From the human T2T-CHM13v2.0 reference genome, Homo sapiens: a stretch of DNA of 64,000 bases. The notes beneath the pieces were generated by a model. It did not search any database and was not told where the DNA came from. It was given only the letters and a program-made list of their open reading frames with translations. The translations under genes and the position numbers were made by a program. This document shows, piece after piece, positions 27,800 through 41,537 of this stretch (position 1 is the first letter of the stretch; every line of letters begins with the position of its first letter). The DNA is taken from NCBI RefSeq assembly GCF_009914755.1, contig NC_060930.1. The stretch is one strand, 5' to 3'.

Positions 27800-29779
27800 A
27801 AATGCATCTAAGCACGTCATAATAAAGCTCTTGAAACCAAAGATAAAAAGAAAACCTTAAAAGCAGCCAGAAAAAAACCCATTATTGTATACAAACGAAC
27901 AATGATAAGAAAGGTACTTGTAATATTATTAGAAACAATGGAGGCCAGAAAGACAACAGATAGAAAGTCTCAGAAAATTTTCAGAAAAATAAATTCTGAG
28001 AGAATTAAGTGCCAACAGAACTGTGCTGTAAGAAATGCTAAAAGGAAGACCAAGTCAGGAGGATCTCTTGAGACAAGAAGTTCAAGACCAGCCTGGGCTA
28101 CATACCCCATCTCTACAAAAAAAAAAAAAAAAAAAAAAAGATTATCCAGGCATGGTGGCATGTACCTGTATACAGTCCTAGCTACTCGGGAGGCTGAGGC
28201 AGGAGGATTATTGAGCCCAGGAGTCTGAGGCTGCAGCAAGCTAGGATCGTGCCACAGCATTGAAGTGTGCACAACAGAGCAAGACTCTGTCTCTTTAAAA
28301 AAAAAGTTACAAGGAGTTCTTCAGACTGAAAGGAAATGAAATGATATCAGATGAAAATTCAGGTCTACAAAAAACAATGAAGATTCCTAGAAATAGCAAA
28401 GATGTTGGTAAATGTAAAAAATGTTTTAAATTTGCTAATTTCTTTGAAAGCCAATTGATTATTTAAAGAAAAAAATAACTTTTTGTGGCTTCCATAATGT
28501 AAGTATAAGTAAAGTATATGACAATAGCACAAAGAACAGAAAGAATAAATTGAATATTCTGTTATAAACTTCTTACATTATAAGTGAAATGAAATAATAT
28601 TAATTCTAAGTAGTCCGTGAAAAGTTACTGGTGCATATTTAAAAACCACCAAGCAACTAATGAATACAGATGGTATAGCTGAAACACTAATAGAAGAAAT
28701 AAAATAAATGACTTTTAAAAATCCAATTTTAAATGCAAAAGAAGACAGAAAAGGACAAAGAAGGGCAAATATTAATTTCAACAGTGTTTGGCAGTTTTCA
28801 AACTGTAGGCTTTCATTAAATTTTTTCCTAAATGTGTTATGTTTTTGATGTTATTTTAAAGGGTATTTAAATTTTTCTTTTTTTGCCAGAATATAAGAAA
28901 ACAATTGATTTTTGAATTAGTGATCTTGTATTCTGTGACTTTGCTAAATTCACATATTAGTTCTAGTAATATCTCCTATATTAAAGAAATTAAATATGCA
29001 ATTACAAACCTTTTCAAAAAGAAAATTCCAGGCTCAGATTATTTCTCTGATGACATCTATAAATATTGCCAACATTACACAAAATCCATCATAAAAGAGA
29101 GAGAAGGAAGATAAGGACATTATAACAAAAAGAGGAGGCCATTGTTCTAAGCAAATTAATGCAGGAACAGAAAACCAAATACCACATGGTGTCACTTATA
29201 AGAGAGGGCTAAGCATTGTGTACACACGGACATAAAGATGGGAATAAGACACTGAAGACTACCAGAAGGAGAGGGGAGAGAAAGGGGCATGAGATAAAAA
29301 ACTCCCTATTGGGGACTGTGCTCACTGCCTGGGTGATGGTGTCATCCACACCTCAAAACTTAGCATCACACAATTCACCCATGTAACAAACTTGCACATG
29401 TACCCCCTGAGTCTAAACTAAAAGTTGAAATTATTTTTAAAAAAGAGGCAAATAGACACACGAATTATAATATATCTATTCAGTTACTCAGCAATAAAAG
29501 GAACAAATGATGGAACCATATGACACGACGCTGAGTGAAAGAAGCCAGACAGAGCAAAACATGCACTGTCTGATTCTATTTAATATGAAGCTTATGAAGA
29601 GGCAAAAATAATCTATGATGGTAGAAATCAGGAAGTGGTTGTATTTGAGGGCAGGGATTGACTATAAAGGGGCACTTTCTTTGGAGTCATGGGAATCTTC
29701 AATGTCTTGATTGGAATGTTGATTACATGGATATATTAATTTGCCAAAAGTCACTGAATCATATATTTAATATTTGTGC
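27800..29779 (+). mobile_element. Fragmented old L1 cluster (ORF1/ORF2/3' pieces) with a younger L1 3' end (~29130-29445)
   Basis: TTAAAAGCAGCCAGAAAAA and AACAATGGAGGCCAGAAGAC (ORF1); CAGAAAACCAAATACCACATG...CCCATGTAACAAACTTGCACATGTACCCC (3'UTR). Confidence 0.7.
28043..28305 (+). mobile_element. 5'-truncated AluJ
   Basis: GGAGGATTATTGAGCCCAGGAG and GAGGCTGCAG J diagnostics; expanded middle polyA. Confidence 0.85.
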
Positions 29780-30140
29780 TGTATTAGTCTGTTTTCACAC
29801 TGCTGATTAAGACATACCCAAGACTGGGTAATTTACAAAGAAAAAGAGGCTTAATGGACTCACAGTTTCACGTGGCTGGGAAGGCCTCACAATCATGGTG
29901 GAAGGTGAAAGGCATGTCTTACATGGCAGCAGACAAAAAAGAATGAGAGCCAAGTGAAAGGGGTTTCCCCTTAAAAACCATCAGATCTCATGAGACTTAT
30001 TCACTACCATGAGAACAGTATGGGGGAAACCGCTCCCATGATTTGATTATCTCCCACAAGGTCCCTCCCACAACATGTGGGAATGATGGGAGCTACAATT
30101 CAAGATGAAATTTGGTTGGGGACTCAGCCTAACCATATCA
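29780..30140 (-). mobile_element. THE1B-like solo LTR
   Basis: TGTATTAGTCTGTTTTCACACTGCTGA...AACCATATCA; 5-bp TSD TGTGC. Confidence 0.94.
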
Positions 30141-30885
30141 TGTGCATTTGTCTCTATGCAAATTTAACCTTAGTTTTTAAAAGAGTAAGAAAAATAAATT
30201 GCGAAAAATACCCCAAACCCAAAACAAAACAGAAAGCAACTCTCTTCCCCTTAAAAATGAGAACACTTTCTAAAACACCACATCAGTAGGTTTGATGTAA
30301 CAACTTAAAAAAAAATGAAGAAATATCAGGAAGGAACAGCACAGTAATATAAAATCATAGACTCAGTTTTCTGTCTGCAGCATCAGATGCAGATGATGTT
30401 CTAATGAGCAAGACAGCACCAACCCTTACCTTAAGGAGCAAACAGTTTAGTGGAGAAAGAGCAAAATTAATTTGGCAAATAACGATGGGAAGAAAGTACT
30501 ACAAAGGAAAAGTTCAGGACTTAGGAGTGGAGCACCTAACCTAGTTTGAGGACCAAGGAAGGATGCCCTGAGGAAGTGACACTTAAGCTGAGACCCAACA
30601 GATGTGTAGGCACTGGCAAGGCAAAGAAGCTAGAGAAGAGGGCTTCAGCCAGAGTGGAGTGCACATTAGCAGGCCCGGGTGAGAAGGGATGTGGTCAGTG
30701 TGCCCTGAGCACAGGCAACAGGGAAGAGAGTGACCCAAGGAAAGGCTGGACACACAGAACCCTGTTTTCACAGAGGCTTGCGTTCAAGATGAGGTGATTT
30801 ATCTTAAAAGCAGTAGGAAGCATGACACAGTCATTTTGTTCTTTTAAAAGATCACTTTGGGTGCAGGGTCATACACGGTCTGTCC

Positions 30886-31231
30886 CAGCACTATCCAATA
30901 GAAATATAACACAAGCCACAAATGCAAGTCAAGGATGTAATTTCAAATTTTCTAGGAGCCACATTAAAAACTGTAAAAAGAAAAAAAGCTCATGTGTGAG
31001 TAATCTTAAAAATATATTTTACTTAGCTCTCATTCCCCACTGTTTTCATTTCAACATAAATTAATATAAAATATTGTTCATAAGACATGTCTACTTTTTA
31101 ATTTTTTATCTTTTCATGCTAAGTTTTCATAATCCAGTGTGTACTTACAGCACATCTTAATTCAGACTGGCCACATTTTCAGTTGCTCAACACCCGTGTG
31201 TGACCAGCGGCTCCTGTAATGAAAAGCACAG
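30886..31231 (+). mobile_element. MER33/MER3-type hAT-Charlie element inside L2
   Basis: CAGCACTATCCAATAGAAATATAA...GGCCACATTTTCAGTTGCTCAA...AGCACAG. Confidence 0.8.
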
Positions 31232-31954
31232 GTCTAGACTGAGGGCACCACTAGAAGTAGAACTAGTTAAGAGCTGCAGCAATTGCAGGGCAAGAAAAGA
31301 CAGTGGCTTGAAACAAGGGGGTGAGCAGCATGGCTTGACTTGAAAAATAACGTGGAGAAAGAATCTACAGCATTCAGTGACTCAAATGAACTGTTTTCTC
31401 CTGAAGATCAGTTCTCGGTCCTTGCATTACTTGACCCGTCATCAGCATTTGATGCCATTGATCATTTTCCCCTGAAAATATTTCCCTTACTTGAATTCAA
31501 GCACATCATACTCTCCTGGTTTTCTTCCCACCTCACTGGCTCTTTCTTCTCAGTCTCCCTTGCTGTTTCTTCCTCATCCCTCTGTTCTTTAACACAGAAA
31601 GGCTCAGAGCACAGAAGCTGCACCCCTACTTTTCTCTGTCTCTATCCCTCACTGCCCCAGTAATTACATCTAGTCCTGTGGCCTTAAATATCACCTGTAA
31701 GCTGGTAGCTCCAGCTCAGATCTCTTCCCTGAAGTCCAGCCTGGTAAATCCAACTCCTCAGCAATGCCACTTGGGTATGTCCAATAGGCATGTGAAACTT
31801 ACCATGTCCAACACTGAACTCATTTTCCCCTGCAAACCAGTTCCTCCCAGAGTCTTCTCCATCTCAGTTAGTGCAACTAAATCCTTCTAGGTGCTTTGGA
31901 GTCATCCTTACCCCAATCCAGTTCTGTTAGCACTTCCTTCAAAATATACATGTA

Positions 31955-32710
31955 AATATGAAAAAATGCTCAACATCACTAATCATCAGAGAAATGCAAG
32001 TCAAAACCACAATGAGATACCATCTCACACCAGTAAGAATGGCTATTACTAAAAAGTCAAAGAAACACAGATGCTGGTGAGGCTGTGGAGAAAAGGGAAT
32101 GCTTATACACTGTTGGTGGAAATGTAAATTAGTTCAGCCACTGTGGAAAGCTGTTGGAGATTCCTCAAGAACTTAAAACAGAACAACCATTACTGGGTAT
32201 ATACCCAAAAGAAAACAAATTGTTCTACCAAAAAGACACATGCACTTGTATGTTCAGCATTATTCACAATAGCAAAGACATGGAATCATCCTAGGTGTTC
32301 ATCAGTGGTGGATTGGATAAAGAAAATATAGCACATACACACCATGGAATACTACACAGGCATAAAAAAGAACAAAATCATGTCCTTTGCAGCAACAGGG
32401 ATGCAACTGAAGGCCATTATCCTAAGCAAATCAATGCAGAAACAGAAAACCAAATACCAAATGTTCTCGCTTATAAGTGAGAACTAAACATCAGGTACTC
32501 ATGGACATAAAGATGGCAACAATCAAAACTGAGAACTACTAAAACAGGGAGGGAGGAAGGGGGGAAGGGTTGGAAAACTAACTATTGGGTACTATGCCCA
32601 TTACCTGGGTGACAGGATCATTCACACCCCAAATCCAGCATCATGAAATGTACCCAAATAACACATCTGCACATGTACCCCCTGAATCTAACATAAAAGT
32701 TGAAAAAAAC
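31955..32710 (+). mobile_element. L1 (old L1PA/L1PB) ORF2 end and 3'UTR inserted in L2 (~31405-33200)
   Basis: AAAATGCTCAACATCACTAATCATCAGAGAAATGCAA...CACATGTACCCCCTGAATCTAA. Confidence 0.9.
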
Positions 32711-34581
32711 AATGTTTGTTATATCCTAAAAAATTTACAAATAATAAGACCTTAGTGTGAAAAGTGTACTAAAATGAAATGTAAAATTCAGAACATTAAA
32801 TATATGTATATATATATGTAGAGTCCCCACCTTGACTGCTATAAGCTTAGTCTAAGCCCTTGAGGCCTCATCTTTTTCCTAGATTATTATAACAGTCTGC
32901 TAACTTGTCTTTCCTCCTCAATACAGAAGCCAGAGTGATCTTGTTAAAATATAAGTCCATCCTTTCTCTTTCAAAACTTTCTGAAGGCTCACCATCTCAC
33001 CAACAGTGAAAGCCAACGTTCCCATCAAAGGAGGGATTTTTGCTATTTTTAGATATATCTGCAGCATTAGAGTAGTACCTGGCACACAGGAGGCACCCAA
33101 CATTTGATGAATGAGTGAATGAGATGGGAAGAGACAAGATAAGAAAAATGGGATGAGACAAGAAGGCAGAGTCAAGGTTAACTCCCAGTTTTTTAGCCTC
33201 CCACACATGGCACAACTTCTGCAGCTTGAGAATGTCTTCAACTCTACCTTGGAGAGTCATAAGGGGGTGGTAAGATGCTGCCGCCTACAACAGCCACACT
33301 CATGTGAATTTCTCTGTTCTCTTCCCACAGTTTAGAAAAGCTTTGGCCATCAAGTGCTTTCAGGCAGTGTGTCATTCTGGGTAGCTGAGTTTCTCAGTAG
33401 CTTCCATATTTGATGGAAAGTTTGAAAACACATGACACCCTTCCCAGCTTCCTGCTAAATGATCAAATTCACCTTCTCCTGATGAGCTGGGGCCATGATT
33501 GTAAGTGAGAGTGACTGTACTGTGCTGAGGAGAGGAAACCCTCCTGGTATCCTGGGAAATAGAGGGATGTTTGTGCCTACTCCAAAGTCCCAGCCTAGGC
33601 TACCCTTGGAGCTTGTGTTCTGGTTATGAAAGTTGAATCATCCTTGCCATTAGGCTCCCAGCTGTCCTTCTGAGCATGGCCACAGTCCCTCTCCTTGTTT
33701 TCTAAAATGTTGCTTCAAAATAAGACCTCAGCTTGCCCTAGTTGTGATGAAATTAAAAGTGCATCCTAGTGAGGGGTTGTCCTATGGTTAAAGGGGCAAG
33801 AAATGTTGTGCATAGAATGCAGGCATCAGTTGTCAGGTTTCTGATGGAGGAGTTTCCTAGAGAGCTGGTGTATTACTGTACAACTCACAAGTGAACTGCT
33901 TTTTGAGAAAGTCAGGGCCTTCTTCAGAAATGAAAGGTGGAAAAAGTTCTCCTCAGCATTCTAGTAGGTTTATTTGTCTAAAGTTCCAAGAGGAGAGGAA
34001 TGGGGCTTCCAGGACTCCTCACGGAACTTTCCATTTCTCAGTAGATTCCGCTCTTCCCTGAGAGCCCCCCTCAATCTCCATTAATGCCTTGCCCTGTCTC
34101 CCACTTCCCGTCCAGGGATGGTCATCCATCCCACACTTCCTTCTTGCCTCTTCAGCATCAACCATCCTGCACTCCTTTATCCAGCATCTGCTCTGACCCA
34201 AAGTAGCAAATAAAATATTTTATATTTCTGTGCCATTTAGGCACCTGAAGGGTAAATTCTCTTCTTCAGTCCTTGTACAATTTTTCTCAGACCTAGCTCA
34301 GGAGGAAGCCATCAAAAATTACTCACCTTCCCAGTCAACTCTCATCAGCCTCCCTTCCCCCATGTCTTTTCACCCCAGCAGTGGACAAAAGGGGGCAGAA
34401 TTTGCTTCTTCCCCACCTAGACTTGCCTTTACCAGGTGGTCCACCTGCAAGGCACTGATTCCAGATAACAAGTCCTGGAGCTGACTAGACCCCATGCCTC
34501 AGACCCCTTTGCTGTTCCTGATTCATATAGAACCCTCCCTGGCTACTCAGACTTGGCTGGAGCCTCTCACCTCTACATTTA

Positions 34582-34904
<323 letters not shown>

Positions 34905-35160
34905 GGAAGGCCCTTCCTGAACTCCAGCAACACTAAAGAAAGGACAGACGTAACATTGCCCTTAACAGAAGATCCTCAAGGGGTCAGGATAGGAGGACAA
35001 AATCGTTTAATGACATCTTTGAAAAACCTACCAAAGTGTAACAAAAACAGCTAGCATGTGTTCCAGTATTTGGAGATAACGAGAGGTGAAACTGGGGTGG
35101 ATGGTCTTTCATACACACAGAGATGATTTTATGACCAAAAGACAATTTTATCTTGATGGT

Positions 35161-35620
35161 TGTGATAGGCAGAATAATGGACCCCAAAGAGACCCCTGTC
35201 CCAGTCCCTGCAACTTGTAAATATGTTACCTTACATAACAAAAGGGATGTTGAGGATATGATTAAGTTCCCTGAGATAGGGAGAGCATCCTAGATTGTCC
35301 AGGGCGGGGTGAGGGGCATCTAATTACCCAGTTCCTTGAAAGCAGGGAACCTTTCCTGGCTGTCATCAGTGGGAGATGTGACCACAGAAGAACGGTTGGA
35401 AGGATGAGAAATTCCTGGTCTTGAAGATGGAGAGAGGGCCCAGGAGGCAAGAAATGCAGGCAGACTCAAGAAGCTGAAAAAGGCAAGGAAATCGATTCTC
35501 CACTAGAGCCTCTGAAAGGAATGCAGCCCTGCCCATACCTTGACCTTAGCCCAGTGAGACCCATGTGGGACTTTGGTGGAAGAGCTGCAAGATAACAAAT
35601 TTGTGTTATTTTAAGCCAAA
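35161..35620 (+). mobile_element. MLT1D LTR
   Basis: TGTGATAGGCAGAATAATGGACCCCAAAG...AAATTTGTGTTATTTTAAGCCA. Confidence 0.88.
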
Positions 35621-36544
35621 CAAACAAACACACCCCTATCAACTGGAAATATTGTGGAAATGGATCTCTTGGCTACTCCTGCAACCTCAGAGCTGGGCTT
35701 CGGCCAGTGCATGCAGCAGACAGGAGAAAGAAGAGGTCAAGTTGGATGGACTGTCTAGCCATTTGGTCTGATACCTAGAGACGGTCTGGAGGGAGGGGTA
35801 TATTAAAGTGGTAAAATCTATGGCTGCTAAAGAAATTGGCTTACTTTCCCTTCAGTCTCTGAGGCTGTTAGAAGGCCCCTGAACCAGAGGGCAATCTGCC
35901 CAAGGCTTCCTCTGAGCTCTGAGAGAGGCGATATTCAGCAGTCCTGCTTTCTGGCTGCAGGCTGGTGTCTCCCTCCACAGACTGGCAGGTTTACATCAGT
36001 ACGTTCCAGCTAAGTCACTTCCTAGATAGCACTTGATGTCTGAGCCCAAGCCTTGCCCCAAAGGCAGGAGGCAGAAATGGAGCTGCTTTGGAAAAACAGG
36101 AAGGAAATCTCATGGCAGTGGCCAGGATTCCCTCCTTTTATAGACAGGTAGATAATGGTAACCACAACTGACCTTTACAGACACTTCAAGTGTGCCGAGC
36201 ACCATGCTAAACACTTGACGTATATTCCCTCCTCTAAGGCAGTCTGCATGAGTAAGTCAAAATGGCATTTGCCAACAATTTCCTGTTCTTAGTACATTTA
36301 TTTCAAAAAATGTCCAGATGCAGTGTGAGACCACAATAAAGCCACTCGCTTTTGCACAGACGCAGCGATGGTTCAGCCAAACCAGCAGAGCACACAGGGC
36401 TTCCCCCTGGAGCCCAGGAAGCTTTGTGGGCCCTTCCCTCCACCAGCCCTGGACCATAGCTCATTGGGACCTTGACAGGCTTCCTGAAATCTCCCCAGAG
36501 CCCCAAACCCACAGATGAGCAGGTTTGCAGGCTGCAGGCACTCT

Positions 36545-37320
36545 CCTCATTGACTCAGAAAATATTTTCTGGCCACATGGCATGTGTCAGGCCCTGTTCT
36601 AGGCAGTTGGGATACATCAGTAAACAATACAGTGAACACTGCCCTCAAAGAGCTTAGGTTCTAGTGTTTGTGAGAGAGACATTGAACAAGAGACATAATA
36701 AATGACTAACTTATAGCATGTTAAATCTGATAAGGAGCATGGGGAAGAGGCAGAGTGGGGAAGATGACTGCAGAGAGCCATGGGGCAGGGTGAGTTGCAA
36801 TTGTCAATAGAGTGGTCACAGAGGGCCTTGTCAAGAAGGTGGCTTTGAGCAAAGACTCTGAGGAAGTGAGGGAGTTCATTGTGGTGTCTACTGGAACAGC
36901 ATTCCAGGCGGAGGGAGTGGCCAGTTCAAAGGCCCCATGCTGGCGAGCGTGCACATCTGTGTTGGAGGAAGAACAAGGAGACCCATGTGCCAGGAGTGGA
37001 GGGAGGGAAAGGAAAGTGGCAGCTGTGTTCAGAGAGGAAAGAGGGAAGCCAGACCATGGCGAGCCTGCATGGCCACTGCAGGGCCTGGTGGGATGCGGCC
37101 TCAGAGGTCTTTGAGCAGAGGAGGAACAGAATTGACTTCCACCTCAGCAATGCTCTGTCTGTATGCAGCATTGAGAATGGAAGGAAGGTGGGCAAGGGTT
37201 AGCCATGCAGGAGGTGACAAGTGGCCAGTTTCCGGTTGTTTTTTTGAAAGTGGAGCCCACAGGACGTCCTGATGGATTCTGTCATTACCTGGGAGATCTG
37301 AGAGAAACCCCCCATAGAGG
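36545..37320 (-). mobile_element. L2
   Basis: TGTGTCAGGCCCTGTTCTAGGC...TTTGAGCAGAGGAGG antisense L2 pattern. Confidence 0.7.
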
Positions 37321-37669
37321 GCCATGTTTCTCCCTTTCTACACCACCAGTCAACATTTGAAACACTTTTTAGAAAGAGAGAATTTTCTTCACCTTGCAAG
37401 ATTACTCCTAATAAAAATAGCAATGTTGCTCCAAGAGGCCGGGCTGTTGGCCTCACTTGCTCATGAGCTAAGCCTTTCAGAACAGGCATCAAGTTTGTGG
37501 GTCAATAGAACCCCATCTCCACCTGGCTCCTGTGTGGTCCATGTTGCAAGTTTTCAGGAAGGAGCAGGAGTTAAGGGTAGAGTTCCGAAACCAAATTGCC
37601 TGGGTTCAAATCCCAACACGGACCTTTTTACTACATGTGTAAGCTTGGACAAGTGACTTTAAACCTTAG

Positions 37670-37960
37670 TTTAAAATATGGGTACAAAATTACAGCTAGG
37701 TGGGAGGAATAAGTTCTAGCGTTCTATACCACTGTGGGATAACTCTAGATAACAATAATATGTTATATAGTTTCAAATTACTAGAAGGAGGATATTGAGT
37801 GTTCCCAACACAAATAAATGATAAATGTTTGAGATGATGGATATGCTAATTACCCTGACCTGATCATCATACATTATAAGTACGGAAACATCACTATGTA
37901 CACCATAAATATGTATCATTGTTATCTGTCAAAAATAAAATGAAGTATTAAAATAAATAA
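37670..37960 (+). mobile_element. L1MA-like 3' end inserted in a MIR
   Basis: GGTACAAAATTACAGCTAG...GAGATGATGGATATGCTAATTACCCTGA; MIR halves on both sides. Confidence 0.8.
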
Positions 37961-38107
37961 GATATTGGCAATAATCTATTCATCATTGGACTATGTGCAT
38001 AATAACCATGCTAATGATGCCATATTTACATTCTGGGCACATTCTCAGATGTAGCCAAAACCAGCCAGGCAGGAGAGCAGGCTCTAGAAATTCTCCCAAG
38101 GCCTGCC

Positions 38108-38542
38108 TGAGGTAGGAGACCCACAGGACTGATTTTCCAGTCTTAGGCTGGTGAAGTGATGAAACTGGGTGCAACCAGCAGATGGTGCTTAAAGCAACCT
38201 CTAGTTGCCCTCATTACTCATTGGCATGAGACACTCCCAGCAGTGCCATGACAATTTACAGCCTCTTTCCATAACAATAACCCAAAAGTTACCACCCCTT
38301 TTCTAGAGAGTTCTGCATAACCTGCCCCTTATTTTGCATGTAATTAAAAGTGGGTATAAGTACATAAGTGCAGAGTCTGGGCACACTGCCTGTGAGTTAG
38401 CTCTACTCTGCAAAGAGCAGTGCCGATTCTAACAAAGATTGCTGTCTAACACCACCAGCTCACCCTCAAATTCTTTCCTGGTGAAGTCAAGAACCCTCCC
38501 AGGCTAGGCTCCAATTTGGGGCTCACCTCCCCACCTACATCA
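38108..38542 (+). mobile_element. ERV1 solo LTR (MER50/MER41-group)
   Basis: TGAGGTAGGAGA...CCTACATCA with 4-bp TSD TGCC; GACACTCCCAGCAGTGCCATGACA and AATTCTTTCCTGG motifs. Confidence 0.8.
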
Positions 38543-39097
38543 TGCCCAGGCCCGCTTCTCAAAGTGGCAAGCACACCCCCAAGTGAATGCTCACCAGCAT
38601 CACCTGGAAGCTGCCTGGCCTTCTGCCACAGCATAGAAATAGGCACTCCCTCCACAGGAACCTCCAAGGCCACGACACCTTCGTGTTCTGTGCTGGTGAG
38701 GCTTCAGGAGGGCAGTACAGTCCTGAGGAGTCAGAAATCTCTACATGCCTAGAGATGGAATATGTAAATATTCTCACAGGAGTGGGGTTCCCCTCCTTTT
38801 AGATGGTTCTTGTTAACCTAGACCTGCTTAGGAGCAACAGCCAGTGTAATGAGTGAGTCGACAAGCAAAAGATGCTGGATTCCTTGTGGGGATATACTAT
38901 GGATGCCTGGGGTTCTGAACAATATTTTTCATACCAAATGTGAGAATAGCTAAAATATCAACACTATGCTTCATTGACATTTGTTTTCTTTATCTGCTAC
39001 CTCTCTCTTATTTTATTAAGTATTCCTTATGTTTCAGGATAATTTTCCCTTCAAACTGTAAGCAAATTCTTGGAAATAATACATTTAAAAAAATAAA

Positions 39098-39380
39098 GCT
39101 GGGTGCAGTGGGACACCCACGTAATCTCAGTGCTTTGGGAGGCTGAGGCAGGAGGATCGCTTGAGGCTAGGAGTTTAATGCCAGCCTGGGCAACATAGCA
39201 AGACCCCATCTCTACAAAAAAATTAACTGGGCATGGTGGCACACACCTATAGTCCTAGCTACTCAGGAGGCTGAGACAGGAGGATCACTTGAACCCAAGA
39301 GTTTGAGCTGCTGTGAACCATGATCATGCCATTGCACTCCAGCCTGGGCAACTAGAATAAGACCCTGTCTCAAAAAAAAA
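39098..39380 (+). mobile_element. AluJ
   Basis: GGAGGATCGCTTGAGG, GGCAACATAGCAAGACCC. Confidence 0.92.
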
Positions 39381-39704
39381 CCATAAAATAAAATTTAAAA
39401 TGCTAAAAATAATTAAATGACTTCTAATCATTTGAAAGAGCAAAAGTACTAGCTGAATTGAAGCCAACTTAAAATTAAATTGCAGATAGTCTCCTACAGT
39501 CTAGATAACCAAGTGTAATGTAAACATTGCATTATTACTAGGAATGAATGGAGACACCTGAGATTTAGAAATGTATGAGGAATTGCGGAAGAGGTGGAGG
39601 TTTCCCTATATGACTAATTCTGGCATGGCTTCTAAATCAACTGCAACTTCTTTAGGACCCATTACCACAGGTATCTCCTGTCACTATCATATAACATGTC
39701 AGTG

Positions 39705-40000
39705 TCATATAACACACCTGCATGTGCAAGCACGCACTCACACACACACATACAGACACTGCAAACACATACCTACATAATATGCATTCACACACCCACA
39801 TATCTATGTGACCCAATGCACAATACACATTTCCACATACACACCCTACCTAGCACACAGGTTTGGCAAACATATGCCCCCAAAACATATGAACATCCAC
39901 ACCTCAAGAATATATGTGTATTTTCCAAACAGCAATACCACACATGAGCATAACACACCCACACAAATAATGTGCAACACACAGCTGCACCACACACACT
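39705..40000. repeat. Degenerate CA-rich low-complexity tract
   Basis: Interrupted (CA)/(CACAT) repeats over ~300 bp. Confidence 0.75.
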
Positions 40001-40124
40001 CCTACTCTGGCTTCCCTCTTGACCGTCACAGGCTGTAGTCTCAATATGTTGATAGAAGCAGCTCATTTGGGCAGGAAAAGTGCTGCCTTGACCATCGCGA
40101 CTTTGGTTTTGCTTCAGCTTACAG

Positions 40125-40453
40125 CAGGGGTCTCCAACCCCTGGGCTGGTACTAATCCATGGCCTGTTAGGGACCAGGCCACACAGCAGGAGGTGAGTGG
40201 CAGGCAAGCGAGCATTACTGCCTGAGCTCTGCCTCCTGTCTGATCAGCAGCAGCATCAGATTCTCATAGGAGCGAACCCTATTGTGAACTGTGTATGCGA
40301 GGGATCTAGGTTGTGCGCTCCTTATAAGAATCTAATGCCTGATAATCTGAGGTGGAACAGTTTCATCCTGAGACTATCCTCCTGTCTCTGGTCTGTGGAA
40401 AAATTGTCTTCCACGACACTGGTCCCTTGTGCCAAAAAGTTTGGGGCCTGCTG
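40125..40453 (+). mobile_element. MER1B (hAT-Charlie)
   Basis: CAGGGGTCTCCAACCCC...AAAAAGTTTGGGGCCTGCTG; TSD-like GCTTACAG/ACCTACAG. Confidence 0.9.
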
Positions 40454-40796
40454 ACCTACAGTGTCTCCCGTAATCTAGAAGCCTAAAACAAAGAACCCAA
40501 AATCATCACAGTGGAGCCGCAATCAATATCTTATTCCCAGGAAAGTTGTGAAGCCCTTTGAATTAAAATCAAGATAGTCCGTGAACCAGAGATGGGACAA
40601 TGAGTTCTTTCTGTAAAAAACCGAACATGGTGTTCACTGCTGATTTGATGCAATTTAAGGGCAGAGATGAGTGAAACTTGGCACAAGTGGTTTCAATGAA
40701 AAATGCTGTAACCAGAAAAATCATTCCATGTACAGGACTTGGTCTTGAATTCTCAATATATCCCTCTGTATTTTGTGGCTTTTGAATATATAAAAG

Positions 40797-41291
40797 TGTA
40801 TTAGCTAGGATTTGGTGCAGCTGTCAAGTGGCGGGAAACTCAAAATAGTAGTGACTTAAGAAAGAAGAGGGAAAGTAATTCTCTCTCATGTATATATAGA
40901 ATGTCCAGGGCTGGCATGGTGGTTGCATCATCACTGGGGACACAGGCTTCTTCTCTCTTGTTTCTCCAACACCTTCAGCATATGGCTTCCACTTCAGGAT
41001 CTAAGATGGCTGTTCCAGTTCCAGCCATCATGCTGACATTCCAGCCAGCCAGAAACAGGAAGGGGAAGGGCATGCCCCTTTCTTTCAAGAGCACTTTCTG
41101 GAAGGTGACATGCTACACTTGCATGTACATCTTACTGATCAGAACTTAGTTACGTGAGCACACCTAGCTGCAAGAGAGGTGTAGACATATGGTATTTATT
41201 CTAAGTGACCATGTGCCAGTTAAAATTTGGGGTCTATTACTATAGGATAAAGAGAGTGGATATAAGAAGATAGCTATTAGTTTCTACAACA
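40797..41291 (-). mobile_element. MLT1 (J/K-like) LTR
   Basis: TGTATTAGCTAGGAT..., AAGATGGCTGTTCCAGTTCCAGCCATCA, CACCTAGCTGCAAG. Confidence 0.7.
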
Positions 41292-41314
41292 CATTTTTAA
41301 AGGATTAAAAATAG

Positions 41315-41537
<223 letters not shown>

